This document shows, one piece after another, positions 9,896-23,846 of a stretch of DNA of 64,000 nucleotides (the stretch's first letter is position 1; each line of letters begins with the position of its first letter). The stretch is taken from the NCBI GenBank assembly GCA_035546295.1, contig DATKBT010000076.1, forward strand, positions 804-64,803, read 5' to 3'. The notes under the pieces are model-generated. The model was not told the origin of the DNA. It ran no database searches and saw only the letters and a list, made by a program, of their open reading frames with translations. Made by a program: the position numbers and the translations under genes. Origin of the DNA: Thermoanaerobaculia bacterium. Lineage in GTDB: Bacteria; Acidobacteriota; Thermoanaerobaculia; Multivoradales; Multivoraceae.

Positions 9896-10627
9896 CTACG
9901 CCGGGAGACGCCGGAAGGCTTCGGCGAAGCGGGCCGCGAGACGAGGGCCGGCGCCCTCGTCCTCGTGCTTGAAGAACACGTAGGCCTCGTCCCACGCCTG
10001 CTCGCGTACCCTGCGGGCCCAGGACTCGAGCGCCGCCTGGTCGTAGGACTCGCGCCGCAACCGCAGGTAGCCCCAAGAACTGGTCGACACCAGCTCGGGC
10101 TCGGCCTGATCGTCCTCTGCGTCTTTGACCTGATGGGGATCCGCCAGGCACAGCGCGGCGCCAGCGCCGCGCAGCGTCTCGAACACCTCCTCGTCGAACC
10201 AGCTCGCGTGCCGAAACTCGAACGCGGCGCGCGCCGCCTGCGGCCACTCGTCGAGGAAGCGGGCGAGACGGGCCACGTCCTTGCGCAGGAAGGGCGGGAG
10301 CTGCACCAGGAACGGTCCACGCCGGGAGCCGAGCTGCTCCGAGGTCTCGACCAGGTAGCGCACCGCGTCCTGCGCCCCCTCGAGCCGTTGCCGGTGGGTG
10401 ATCCGCTGCGACGCCTTGAGCACGAATCGGAAGCCCTCGGGAACCGCGTCGCGCCACTTGGCGAGCATCTCGGCCTTGGGCAGCCGATAGAAGGTGTTGT
10501 TGATCTCCACCGCCGGCAGCCGGCTCGAGTAGAACTCGAGCATCTTCGACGCGGGCAGGTCCTCCGGATAGAACGGACCCTTCCACTCCTTGTACGAGAA
10601 CCCGGAGGTGCCGCAGAAGAGCTTCAA
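9896..10627 (-). CDS. DUF72 (UPF0759, YecE-like) family protein
   Basis: 243 aa; MKLFCGTSGFSYKEWKGPFYPEDLP is the hallmark DUF72 N-terminus. Confidence 0.8.
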   Translation of the reverse strand: MKLFCGTSGFSYKEWKGPFYPEDLPASKMLEFYSSRLPAVEINNTFYRLPKAEMLAKWRDAVPEGFRFVLKASQRITHRQRLEGAQDAVRYLVETSEQLGSRRGPFLVQLPPFLRKDVARLARFLDEWPQAARAAFEFRHASWFDEEVFETLRGAGAALCLADPHQVKDAEDDQAEPELVSTSSWGYLRLRRESYDQAALESWARRVREQAWDEAYVFFKHEDEGAGPRLAARFAEAFRRLPA

Positions 10628-10715
10628 GGGGTGCTCAGGCCTTGCCGCCAGCTCGAAGGCCGCCGCGCCTCGTGATCCCCGCCCTGGGAATCGGGGCAGG
10701 CGCGGCGCGAGTGCC

Positions 10716-10775
10716 CGCTACAGAGACTTCCGCTACAGAGACTTCCGCTACAAACACTTCCGCTACAGATAAGTC
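10716..10775. repeat. tandem direct repeat, 15-bp unit CGCTACAGAGACTTC x4 (two exact, two degenerate)
   Basis: cgctacagagacttc cgctacagagacttc cgctacaaacacttc cgctacagataagtc read directly; in the 88-nt spacer between the FHA-EAL stop and the DUF72 start; the last copy overlaps the FHA-EAL stop codon. Confidence 0.7.
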
Positions 10776-11869
10776 TCGACCGGCGCCGGCCGGCCGAACA
10801 GGTAGCCCTGGGCGAGCTCGAAGCCGAGCTCGCCGCACACCTGCGCCTCCCCCGCCGTCTCCACCCCTTCCGCCAACGTCGCGATGCCGAGCTCGGAGAC
10901 CATGCTGACCAGCCGCCCCACCATGTCGCGACGGCCCGCGGTCGCCAGGTCGAGACCCGCGATCATCTTGCGATCGAACTTCACCACGCACGGCTCGAGA
11001 TCGGCCAGCTCCAGCAGGCGCGAGCGGCCGTTCCCGAAGTCGTCGAAGGCCAGCTTGACGCCGAGCTCCGACAGGTCCCGGTGCAGCCTCTTCAGCACCT
11101 CGACGTCGGTCAGTGCCAGCTCGTGGATCTCGAGCACGATCTCACGAGCGGGGAGCAGCTCGAGGATCGCGCGCGCCGAGTCGAGCAGGGAGTCGGGCTC
11201 GTCGAGCTCGACCGGGTGGAGGTTGAAGTAGAGAGTGGCCTCTGGCGAGAGCCGGCGCGCCTCGTGCGCTCCGCGCAGACGGAACATGTGGCTGAGGCGC
11301 ATCTCGAGACCGAGCGTCTCGGCGAGCAGCAGCAGGGCGGTCGGCTCGACCGGGAGGTCGTCGCGCAGCCCACGGCTGAGGATCTCGAAGCCGACCCGAT
11401 GCCCGTTGCCCAACCTCACCACCGGCTGGAACACGGTGGCGACCTGCTCCCTCTCGATCAGCTCGGTCATCTCGCGCCGCAGGCCGAGCGCCTGCCGCGC
11501 CCTTCGGACCTCCTCCATGTCCAGGGTCAGCGTGGTCGAGAACGAGGAGTCTTCGGAGTCGAGCTCGATCAGCCGGAACTCGTGCTCACCGAGCTCGAGG
11601 ACATCCCCCTCGCGCAGGCTTCGTTCTCCTTCGAGCCTCTCGCCGTTGACGAAAGTGCCGTTCTTGCTGCCCGCGTCGCGAATCACCAGGCCGTCGTCCA
11701 CCTGGACGATCTCGGCGTGCAGACCCGAGATCCCGGGGGTGAAGAGCTGGAGGTCGCAACCGTCCTGGCGGCCGATCCGAAATGGCGTCACGACGCGAGT
11801 ACGCCAGTCGTTCGCCGACTCGTCGACGAAACCTTCGAGAAACCAAGCCCTCGAGATCTGTGTGCTCAC
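10763..11869 (-). CDS. FHA domain - EAL domain protein (putative c-di-GMP phosphodiesterase with phosphothreonine-binding module)
   Basis: N-terminal FHA signature (TPFRIGRQDGCDLQL ... GSKNGTFVNGERL), C-terminal EAL domain (FQPVVRLGNGHRVGFEILSRG ... DDFGNGRSRL ... EGVET ... QGYLFGRP); GTG at 11869 preceded by GAAGAGGAT; start uncertain. Confidence 0.7.
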   Translation of the reverse strand: MSTQISRAWFLEGFVDESANDWRTRVVTPFRIGRQDGCDLQLFTPGISGLHAEIVQVDDGLVIRDAGSKNGTFVNGERLEGERSLREGDVLELGEHEFRLIELDSEDSSFSTTLTLDMEEVRRARQALGLRREMTELIEREQVATVFQPVVRLGNGHRVGFEILSRGLRDDLPVEPTALLLLAETLGLEMRLSHMFRLRGAHEARRLSPEATLYFNLHPVELDEPDSLLDSARAILELLPAREIVLEIHELALTDVEVLKRLHRDLSELGVKLAFDDFGNGRSRLLELADLEPCVVKFDRKMIAGLDLATAGRRDMVGRLVSMVSELGIATLAEGVETAGEAQVCGELGFELAQGYLFGRPAPVETYL

Positions 11870-11989
11870 CGCCCAGACATCCTCTTCGAAGCGGTGAGCG
11901 TAGCACCTTTCGCTGAGCCCCGAGCCGTCGGCGAAGCCGGTGCGACGGGCTCGTGGCGCGGCTACACTCCGCCGCCGAGGAGAACTCCG

Positions 11990-12811
11990 ATGAGGATCGC
12001 GCTCGCTCAGCACCACGCAACCGAAGATCCTGCGGCCAACCGCGAGCGCGGCCTCGAAGCGGTGGCGACCGCGGCCGCCGGAGGCGCGGAGCTGGTGGCC
12101 TTCGCCGAGCTCGCCTTCGATCCGTTCTACCCCCAGGACGAGGCCCGCCCGGAGAGCCTGGCGGCCGCCGAGCCGATCCCAGGGCCGACCGTCGAGGCCT
12201 TCGCCGAGGCCGCTCGGCGGCACGGCGTCGTTCTGGTGCTCAACCTGTTCGAGCGCGCCGGTGAGCGGACCTACGATTCCTCGCCCGTGATCGACGCCGA
12301 CGGCTCCCTGCTCGGCGTCACCCGCATGATCCATATCACCGACTACCCCTGTTTCCGTGAGCAGGGGTACTACGCCCCCGGCGACACCGGAGCCCCCGTC
12401 TACCGGACCCGCGTCGGACCCATCGGCGTGGCGATCTGCTACGACCGCCACTACCCCGAGTACATGCGAGCGCTCGCGATCGCGGGCGCCGAGCTAGTGG
12501 TGGTGCCGCAGGCCGGCGCCGTCGGCGAGTGGCCGGAGGGGCTGTTCGAGGCCGAGATGCGCGTCGCCGCCTTCCAGAACGGCTACTACACCGCGCTGGT
12601 CAACCGGGTCGGCGAGGAGCGGCGGCTCACCTTCGCCGGCGAGTCGTTCGTCTGCGACCCGGAGGGCCGGGTCGTCGCGCGCGCAGGGACAGGAACCGAC
12701 GAGATCCTCTACGCCGACCTGGACCTCTCCGCCAGCGAGCGATCTCACGCTCGGCGGCTGTTCTTCCGGGATCGACGTCCCGAGCTCTACGCCGGCTGGC
12801 TGGCGCGCTGA
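11990..12811 (+). CDS. carbon-nitrogen hydrolase (nitrilase superfamily)
   Basis: 273 aa; MRIALAQHH start, catalytic-region motifs GVAICYDRHYPE and LVVVPQA; ATG at 11990 in frame. Confidence 0.8.
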   Translation: MRIALAQHHATEDPAANRERGLEAVATAAAGGAELVAFAELAFDPFYPQDEARPESLAAAEPIPGPTVEAFAEAARRHGVVLVLNLFERAGERTYDSSPVIDADGSLLGVTRMIHITDYPCFREQGYYAPGDTGAPVYRTRVGPIGVAICYDRHYPEYMRALAIAGAELVVVPQAGAVGEWPEGLFEAEMRVAAFQNGYYTALVNRVGEERRLTFAGESFVCDPEGRVVARAGTGTDEILYADLDLSASERSHARRLFFRDRRPELYAGWLAR

Positions 12812-12999
12812 GCCGACGGGCCGGGTCGGTCGCCGGCGCGACCGTGGCCTCCGGCAGCCGTGGCCGGCCGCGACAGTGCGCCAGGCTAGTCGCAAGCCCC
12901 GACCGCCGACGCACTCGACGTCTCGTTAACCAATCCCGGGCTCTCGGCGTCTCCTCCCTGAACGGCCGACCTCCTCCGACGGCCCCAGGAGCCCCGCCC

Positions 13000-15474
13000 A
13001 TGGACAGCCTCCGCCGCCTCCTCCGCACCTCGCTGCGCCGTCTGCGCGCGCGCCCAGGATTCACCGCCGTCGCCGTGCTCTCCCTCGCGCTGGGCATCGG
13101 CGCCAACACCGCGATGTTCAGCGTGGTCGACGCGGTCGTGCTGCGCAGCCAGCCGTACGCCGATCCGGAGTCGCTGGTCGAGATCTACATCGACGGCAAG
13201 AGCTTCGAGTACGAGCCGCTGTCGTACCCGGACTTCCTCGACGTGCGCCGCGTCACGGGTGACCTGCTCGAAGGCGTCACCGGCGCCGGCTACACCCTGG
13301 CGCAGGCCGACAAGCGGGGAGGCGGCGTCGAGATGCTCGCCGGTGAGCTGGTGCCAGCGAACTACTTCCGGCTGCTCGGCATCGAGCCGCCGTTGGGACG
13401 CGGCTTCGAGGAGGGCGAGGACGTCGGCGAGGGGGCCTCGCCCGTCGTGGTGCTGAGCTGGGACCGCTTCGTCCAGGCGCACGGCGGCGAGCGCTCGATC
13501 GTCGGCCGCGAGATCCGGCTCAGCGGACGCGCCTACACCGTCGTCGGCGTCGCGCCGCAGAGCTACCACGGCTCGGTGCGCGGCCTGGCTCCCGACTTCT
13601 ACGCGCCCATCACCATGGATGGCGCCTTCTCCCCCGACGACCGGGGGCGTCTCCAGTCGCGCACCTCCCACTGGTTCTTCGTGCGCGGCAGGCTCGCCGA
13701 CGGCGTCGAGCGGGCGGCGCTCGATACCCGTCTCGCGGCCCTCGCCGCCGAGCTGAAGCAGAACGAGCCCGGCAGCTGGGACACGGCGAACGGCTTCACC
13801 ACGGTCCCCACCCGGCAGGTCGTCATGAACCCCATGATCGACAAGTTCCTGTATGCCGGAGGAGCTCTCCTGATGGCGCTGGTCGTAATGGTGCTCACCA
13901 TCACCTGCGCCAACCTCGCCAGCTTCCTGCTCGCACGCGCCGCCGATCAGCGCAAGGAGGTCGCGATCCGCTCGGCGCTCGGCGCGACCCGACGCCAGCT
14001 CGTCGCACAGCAGATGGCCGACGCCGCGATCCTCGCCCTGCTCGGCGGGTCGATCGGCGTCACCGTCGCTTCGGCGCTGGTCTCCCTGCTCGGCTCTCGA
14101 CCGCTACCGGTGGCCATCCCGATCCGCCTCCAGGCCGCGGTCGATGCCCGGATGCTGATCTTCAGCCTCGCCGTCACGCTGCTGTCGGCGCTGCTCTTCG
14201 GCCTGGCCCCGGCGCTCCAGTCGACGCGGGTCGAAGCGGCGCCGGTGCTCAAGGACGAGGGGACCGGCGGCGGCTCGAAGAAGCAGCGGCTGCGCTCCGG
14301 GCTGGTGATCGGCCAGGTCGCGCTCTCGACGCTGCTGCTGGTGGTGGCCGGACTGTTCCTGCGCAGCCTGAGCGCGATGCAGGAGGTCGATCCCGGCTTC
14401 GCCCAGGCGCCGACCGCCATCCTCAACTTCGGCATCCCCCACAGCCATGGCGACGCCGCGCAGCGCCGAGCCTTCATCGACTCGCTCGTCGCCGAGGTCG
14501 CCTCGATGCCCGAGGTCGAGGCGGTCGGGACCATCGACAACCTCCATCTGAACGTCACCAACACCCAGTCCGTCCGGTTCAACATCGACGGACTCGAGCC
14601 TCCGGAAGGTGCCGAAGCCCACCTCGCCGACTACGCCTGGGCCGACGGGGGCTTCTTCGACGCGGCCGGAGTGCGCATCGTCGAGGGACGCCCCTTCGAC
14701 AGCCGCGACCGCAGGACCCTCGAGGAGGGCGAGCGCGAGGCCGCCACCGTCGCCGTCGTTTCCCAGGCGTTCGTCGATCGCTACCTCCCGGATCGCCCCG
14801 CGCTCGGCCAGGTCCTCCATCGGCCGGACAGGGGCGACGTCGAGATCGTGGGCGTCGCCAGCGACACCATGGTGCGGCTGCTGGGCGAAGAACCCCGGCC
14901 CTTCGTCTATCTCTCCGCCGAGCAGGCGGACCAGGTCAACACGACGCTGGTGGCGCGCACCGGCGGCGACGCGACGGCGCTGGTCGCGCGGATTCTCACC
15001 CGCGCCCGGACGCTCGAGCCCGAGCTGATGGTCCTCGAGAGCCGCACGGTCGAGGACCACCTCGCGACCCAGCTCTTCCCCTCGCGCGCGCTCGCCGCCG
15101 CCTTCGTCGTCTTCGGAGCACTGGCGCTGATGATCGCGGCGATCGGTCTGTACGGCGTGGTGAGCTTCACCGTGGCGGCGCGGGCGCGCGAGATCGGCAT
15201 CCGCATGTCGCTCGGCGCCTCCGCCGGCTCGGTCGTCCGGCTGCTGATGCGCGGGGGAGCGGCCCTGGTGCTGCTCGGCGGCGTGACCGGCATCGTCCTG
15301 GCGCTGGTGGTCAGCCGCGTCGCCGGCAGCCTGCTGTTCCGCATCGACACGCAGGATCCGCTGGTCTTCTTCTCGGTGCCCGCGATCCTGCTCCTGGTGG
15401 CCGGTGTCGCGACGTTGCTGCCCACGCTCCGCGCCCTGCAGGTCAGCCCGTCGAGCACGCTGCGCGCGAGCTAG
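13000..15474 (+). CDS. MacB/FtsX-like duplicated permease (ADOP-type ABC transporter permease), no adjacent PadR
   Basis: 824 aa; N-terminal TM right after LRRLRARPGFTAVAVLSLALGIGANTAMFSVVDAVVLR, two FtsX-like 4-TM modules, periplasmic MacB-like domains; same architecture as the three PadR-linked permeases below. Confidence 0.8.
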   Translation: MDSLRRLLRTSLRRLRARPGFTAVAVLSLALGIGANTAMFSVVDAVVLRSQPYADPESLVEIYIDGKSFEYEPLSYPDFLDVRRVTGDLLEGVTGAGYTLAQADKRGGGVEMLAGELVPANYFRLLGIEPPLGRGFEEGEDVGEGASPVVVLSWDRFVQAHGGERSIVGREIRLSGRAYTVVGVAPQSYHGSVRGLAPDFYAPITMDGAFSPDDRGRLQSRTSHWFFVRGRLADGVERAALDTRLAALAAELKQNEPGSWDTANGFTTVPTRQVVMNPMIDKFLYAGGALLMALVVMVLTITCANLASFLLARAADQRKEVAIRSALGATRRQLVAQQMADAAILALLGGSIGVTVASALVSLLGSRPLPVAIPIRLQAAVDARMLIFSLAVTLLSALLFGLAPALQSTRVEAAPVLKDEGTGGGSKKQRLRSGLVIGQVALSTLLLVVAGLFLRSLSAMQEVDPGFAQAPTAILNFGIPHSHGDAAQRRAFIDSLVAEVASMPEVEAVGTIDNLHLNVTNTQSVRFNIDGLEPPEGAEAHLADYAWADGGFFDAAGVRIVEGRPFDSRDRRTLEEGEREAATVAVVSQAFVDRYLPDRPALGQVLHRPDRGDVEIVGVASDTMVRLLGEEPRPFVYLSAEQADQVNTTLVARTGGDATALVARILTRARTLEPELMVLESRTVEDHLATQLFPSRALAAAFVVFGALALMIAAIGLYGVVSFTVAARAREIGIRMSLGASAGSVVRLLMRGGAALVLLGGVTGIVLALVVSRVAGSLLFRIDTQDPLVFFSVPAILLLVAGVATLLPTLRALQVSPSSTLRAS

Positions 15475-15494
15475 CTGGTTTTCTTCCCCCCCAA

Positions 15495-15529
15495 CCCCCA
15501 AGGGGGAGCCTCGCAAGGCGCTTCGCGCC
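15495..15529 (+). terminator. candidate intrinsic terminator: two short GC hairpins
   Basis: CCCCC-AA-GGGGG and GGCGC-TTC-GCGCC about 20 nt after the permease TAG; no U-tract. Confidence 0.25.
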
Positions 15530-15806
15530 GCTCGGGGCATCGACGAGTGGCGACACGTTCGATCGAGATCCGGCGACATGGTGCGCATGGACGCCCGGCT
15601 TCCGGCAGCTCATCGGCCGCAATCGTCGGACAGGCTGCTGCTAAGCGTCTGACGTGCCGAGCGCTGCGGCGAGCCGACACCGGGAAGCACCTCACGGCTG
15701 CGATCGGCCCTGCCGGCTCGCTCGCGCAGGATCCCTCCCGTCGCGCGGATGGACCGGCTCGCTCCATCCCGCGAACCCCAAGGTGGAAGATTTCGTATCG
15801 GCGAGC

Positions 15807-17006
15807 ATGACGCCACGATCCCGCCCGCATCTCCCCATCCGCCCGTCTGCGCGAATCGACAGAGCCTCGCTTCGTCGAGTCCCGCTTCTCCTCGTCCCCT
15901 TTCTCCTCCTCCTCCCGACGCTCCTGGCGGCGAGCACCGCCCTCGCCGAGCCGGTCGAGGTTCCCTTCGATTCGCCTCGCTGGACGATCACAGGCGAAGG
16001 CTGGCGGGTCGAGGAGCACCTCGGGCGTCAGAGCCTCTTCCTGCCCCAGGGCATGGCCTGGCTCGACGACGTCGAGATCCTCGACGGCGCGATCGAGTTC
16101 GACGTCGCGTTCACGCCTCAGCGCGGCTTCTGCGGCGGCCTCTTCCGTCTCCAGGACCGCGGCGACTACGAGCACTTCTACCTGCGACCCCACCAGTCCG
16201 GCATGCCCGACGCCAATCAGTACACGCCGGTCTTCGACGGCGTCTCGGGCTGGCAGCTCTACCACGGCGAAGGCTACGCAGCGCCGACCAGCTACCCGTA
16301 CGATCAATGGATCCACGTGCGCATCGTGTTCGACGGGAATCGCGCCGAGGTGTTCATCGACAGCGACGAGCCGGTGCTGTTCGTCGACGAGCTCAAGCGC
16401 GAGCCGCGCGCCGGCGGGGTCGGCATCGACAACAGCCTCTCTGAGGCGCACTTCTCGCGGTTCCGCTACGAGCGCATCGACCGACCGGAGCTCCGCGAGA
16501 TCGCGCCTCCGGATCGTCCCGCGCCCAACGGCGCCGTCATGGGCTGGGAGGTGTCGAGCCCCTTCGAGGAGGAGCGTCTCGAGGGACGCAGCGATCTCCC
16601 CGGCGACCTCCCGGCGTCGCTCGAGTGGTCGACCCTCGCGGCCGAGCCGACCGGGATCACCAACCTGGCGCGGCTGACCGGCACGCGGCCGGGCGCGAAC
16701 ACCGTGATCGCGCGCATCCGCGTGCGCGCCGCCCGAGGCGTCACGCTGCCGGTGCGCTTCGGCTACAGCGACCGCGTCCGCATCTACCTCGACGGTCGAG
16801 GGCTCTACTCCGGCGACAACGGCTACCAGTCGCGCGATTACCGCTACCTGGGCACCATCGGCCTGTTCGACGTCGTCTGGCTGCGGCTCGAGCCGGGTGA
16901 GCACGAGTTGGCGTTCGCGGTCAGCGAATCGTTCGGCGGCTGGGGCATCCTGGCCGCACTGCCCACCGCAGCGGCCGGCGAGGTCGAGATCCTGCCGCCG
17001 CAGTAG
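15807..17006 (+). CDS. secreted protein, possible concanavalin/LamG-like beta-sandwich domain (DUF1080-like is a guess)
   Basis: 399 aa; signal peptide (RRVPLLLVPFLLLLPTLLAASTALAEP) after ATG at 15807; protein-like composition; weak resemblance to DUF1080-type folds. Confidence 0.55.
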   Translation: MTPRSRPHLPIRPSARIDRASLRRVPLLLVPFLLLLPTLLAASTALAEPVEVPFDSPRWTITGEGWRVEEHLGRQSLFLPQGMAWLDDVEILDGAIEFDVAFTPQRGFCGGLFRLQDRGDYEHFYLRPHQSGMPDANQYTPVFDGVSGWQLYHGEGYAAPTSYPYDQWIHVRIVFDGNRAEVFIDSDEPVLFVDELKREPRAGGVGIDNSLSEAHFSRFRYERIDRPELREIAPPDRPAPNGAVMGWEVSSPFEEERLEGRSDLPGDLPASLEWSTLAAEPTGITNLARLTGTRPGANTVIARIRVRAARGVTLPVRFGYSDRVRIYLDGRGLYSGDNGYQSRDYRYLGTIGLFDVVWLRLEPGEHELAFAVSESFGGWGILAALPTAAAGEVEILPPQ

Positions 17007-17055
17007 CCAGGGCGTGCGCTCCTCCTTGCGGGCGAGATTCTTGCGGCCAAGGGGC

Positions 17056-20706
<3,651 letters not shown>

Positions 20707-21124
20707 GGCGTTGGCCGTCGACTCCTCCGCAGACGTCCCGTTCTGGTCGGCGCCTCCGCCGACGCGGATCCCCGAGTCCCCGGATCTTACCGGCCGACGA
20801 ACGGCGAGCTCGACCCCTGCCAGCCCGTTTGCCAGAAGCCCGAGGCCGAGCGTTCCCCATCGATCGATCGCGCCTCGCTCGGTCGTCGGCCTGGCCAGAG
20901 TCCCCCGCCACGAGGCCTTCCGAACCGGGAACCTGGGCCTCGTCTGCCAGCAGCCGGAGCGCGCGGCTTCGCCATCGCGCCGCACGGGCGGCTGCTCATC
21001 GTCCGCGGCGCCCGCGAGGCCGGGGCCGGAGCGGCCGCATCCGCGTGGCGGTGGGCTGGACGAGCGAGCAGGCGCTCGATCCGGGCAGCCGCTGAGAGGA
21101 CCGACGAGAGCGCGCGAGAGTGCG

Positions 21125-21146
21125 AAGGGCGGCTCGGGCCGCCCCC
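21125..21146 (-). terminator. candidate terminator hairpin downstream of rpoD
   Basis: GGGCGGC-N4-GCCGCCC stem about 45 nt after the rpoD TAA on the minus strand, followed by TT. Confidence 0.35.
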
Positions 21147-21188
21147 TCAATCTCGTGCCGGGCCGCGACGCTCGGGCGCCGCAGTGAG

Positions 21189-22916
<1,728 letters not shown>

Positions 22917-23238
22917 CGGACTCTCCCGTAACGAGAAGTGTCTGCGCGCGGCACGGCAGGCCGCCCGCTGGCGGGCTCTGGAGCTAGACGCTGGAACCGA
23001 GGAGTTTCTTTCACGCGCCGAACGGCCCGCTGTCGCTCGGCCTCCGGTCGGCGTCTGGGGTCGAGCGCTACCGAAGGGATGGGCGTCATCGGTGGATCCG
23101 AAGGGTCAGGCACTTCGAGCATGAACAGGCAAGGACTTGGCAAAGGGTCGTGCGGTTCTGGGCGAGGACCGCGCCGGTGGACGCGAACCGCGAGCGAACT
23201 CTCCGTGGGAGACCAAGGCGACGGCACCGCCCCTCTCT

Positions 23239-23272
23239 GTCAAACGAGGAACGATGTCAAACGAGGAACGAT
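23239..23272. repeat. tandem direct repeat, 17-bp unit GTCAAACGAGGAACGAT x2
   Basis: gtcaaacgaggaacgat gtcaaacgaggaacgat read directly; about 320 bp upstream of rpoD inside a 930-bp region with no convincing ORF. Confidence 0.6.
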
Positions 23273-23846
23273 CGATCTCACCGCCATGTGCAACTGCTCG
23301 CGGTGCGGCCCGATCGCGCCCGCTCTCGTCTGAACGCCCGCACCCAATCGCGTTCCGACGATCGACCCCCGCCGACACGACCCACTGGTCGCCGACGGCG
23401 ATCTGCTCATGTCCTCGAGGCGCCTGCCTGGGCCGCTCGTCGCTCGCGAGCCCCGTACGACGGGGTGTGCGTCCTGCGGTGCCTTCGAGGTCATCAGGAG
23501 GGCGTCGCGTCCGACACCCTGACCCTACGAACCCGCTCCCGAGGCCGCCTATTCCGCTTCCAGCACGAGCAACCGGCCGGCCGGCCAGCCCGCTCCGCGA
23601 TGATCTTAGCACGACTGGTTCCAGCTCCGGAAGACGGAGCCGGCAGGGGCTGACGTTCTCCCGGCTCCACCTCGAGCTGAGGAGCGCGCCAAGCGCGCGA
23701 GCCGAAGCGAGAGACGTTGAGGCGCGCTGAGCCTGCGATGCGGGCCCAGCCCAGCGCCTTCGGCGCGCGCGGGAACCGCCGTAGAACCGGATCCCGAGGA
23801 CCCGGACAGCCTCCTCGCCTCGAAGATGCGACCAGCACGTTCAGAG

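Noticed and set aside
10716-10775. Short tandem repeats (here and at 9408, 23239, 32232, 56490) as CRISPR arrays
   Set aside because: Units are 11-17 bp and contiguous with no spacers, and no cas genes are present; they are simple tandem repeats
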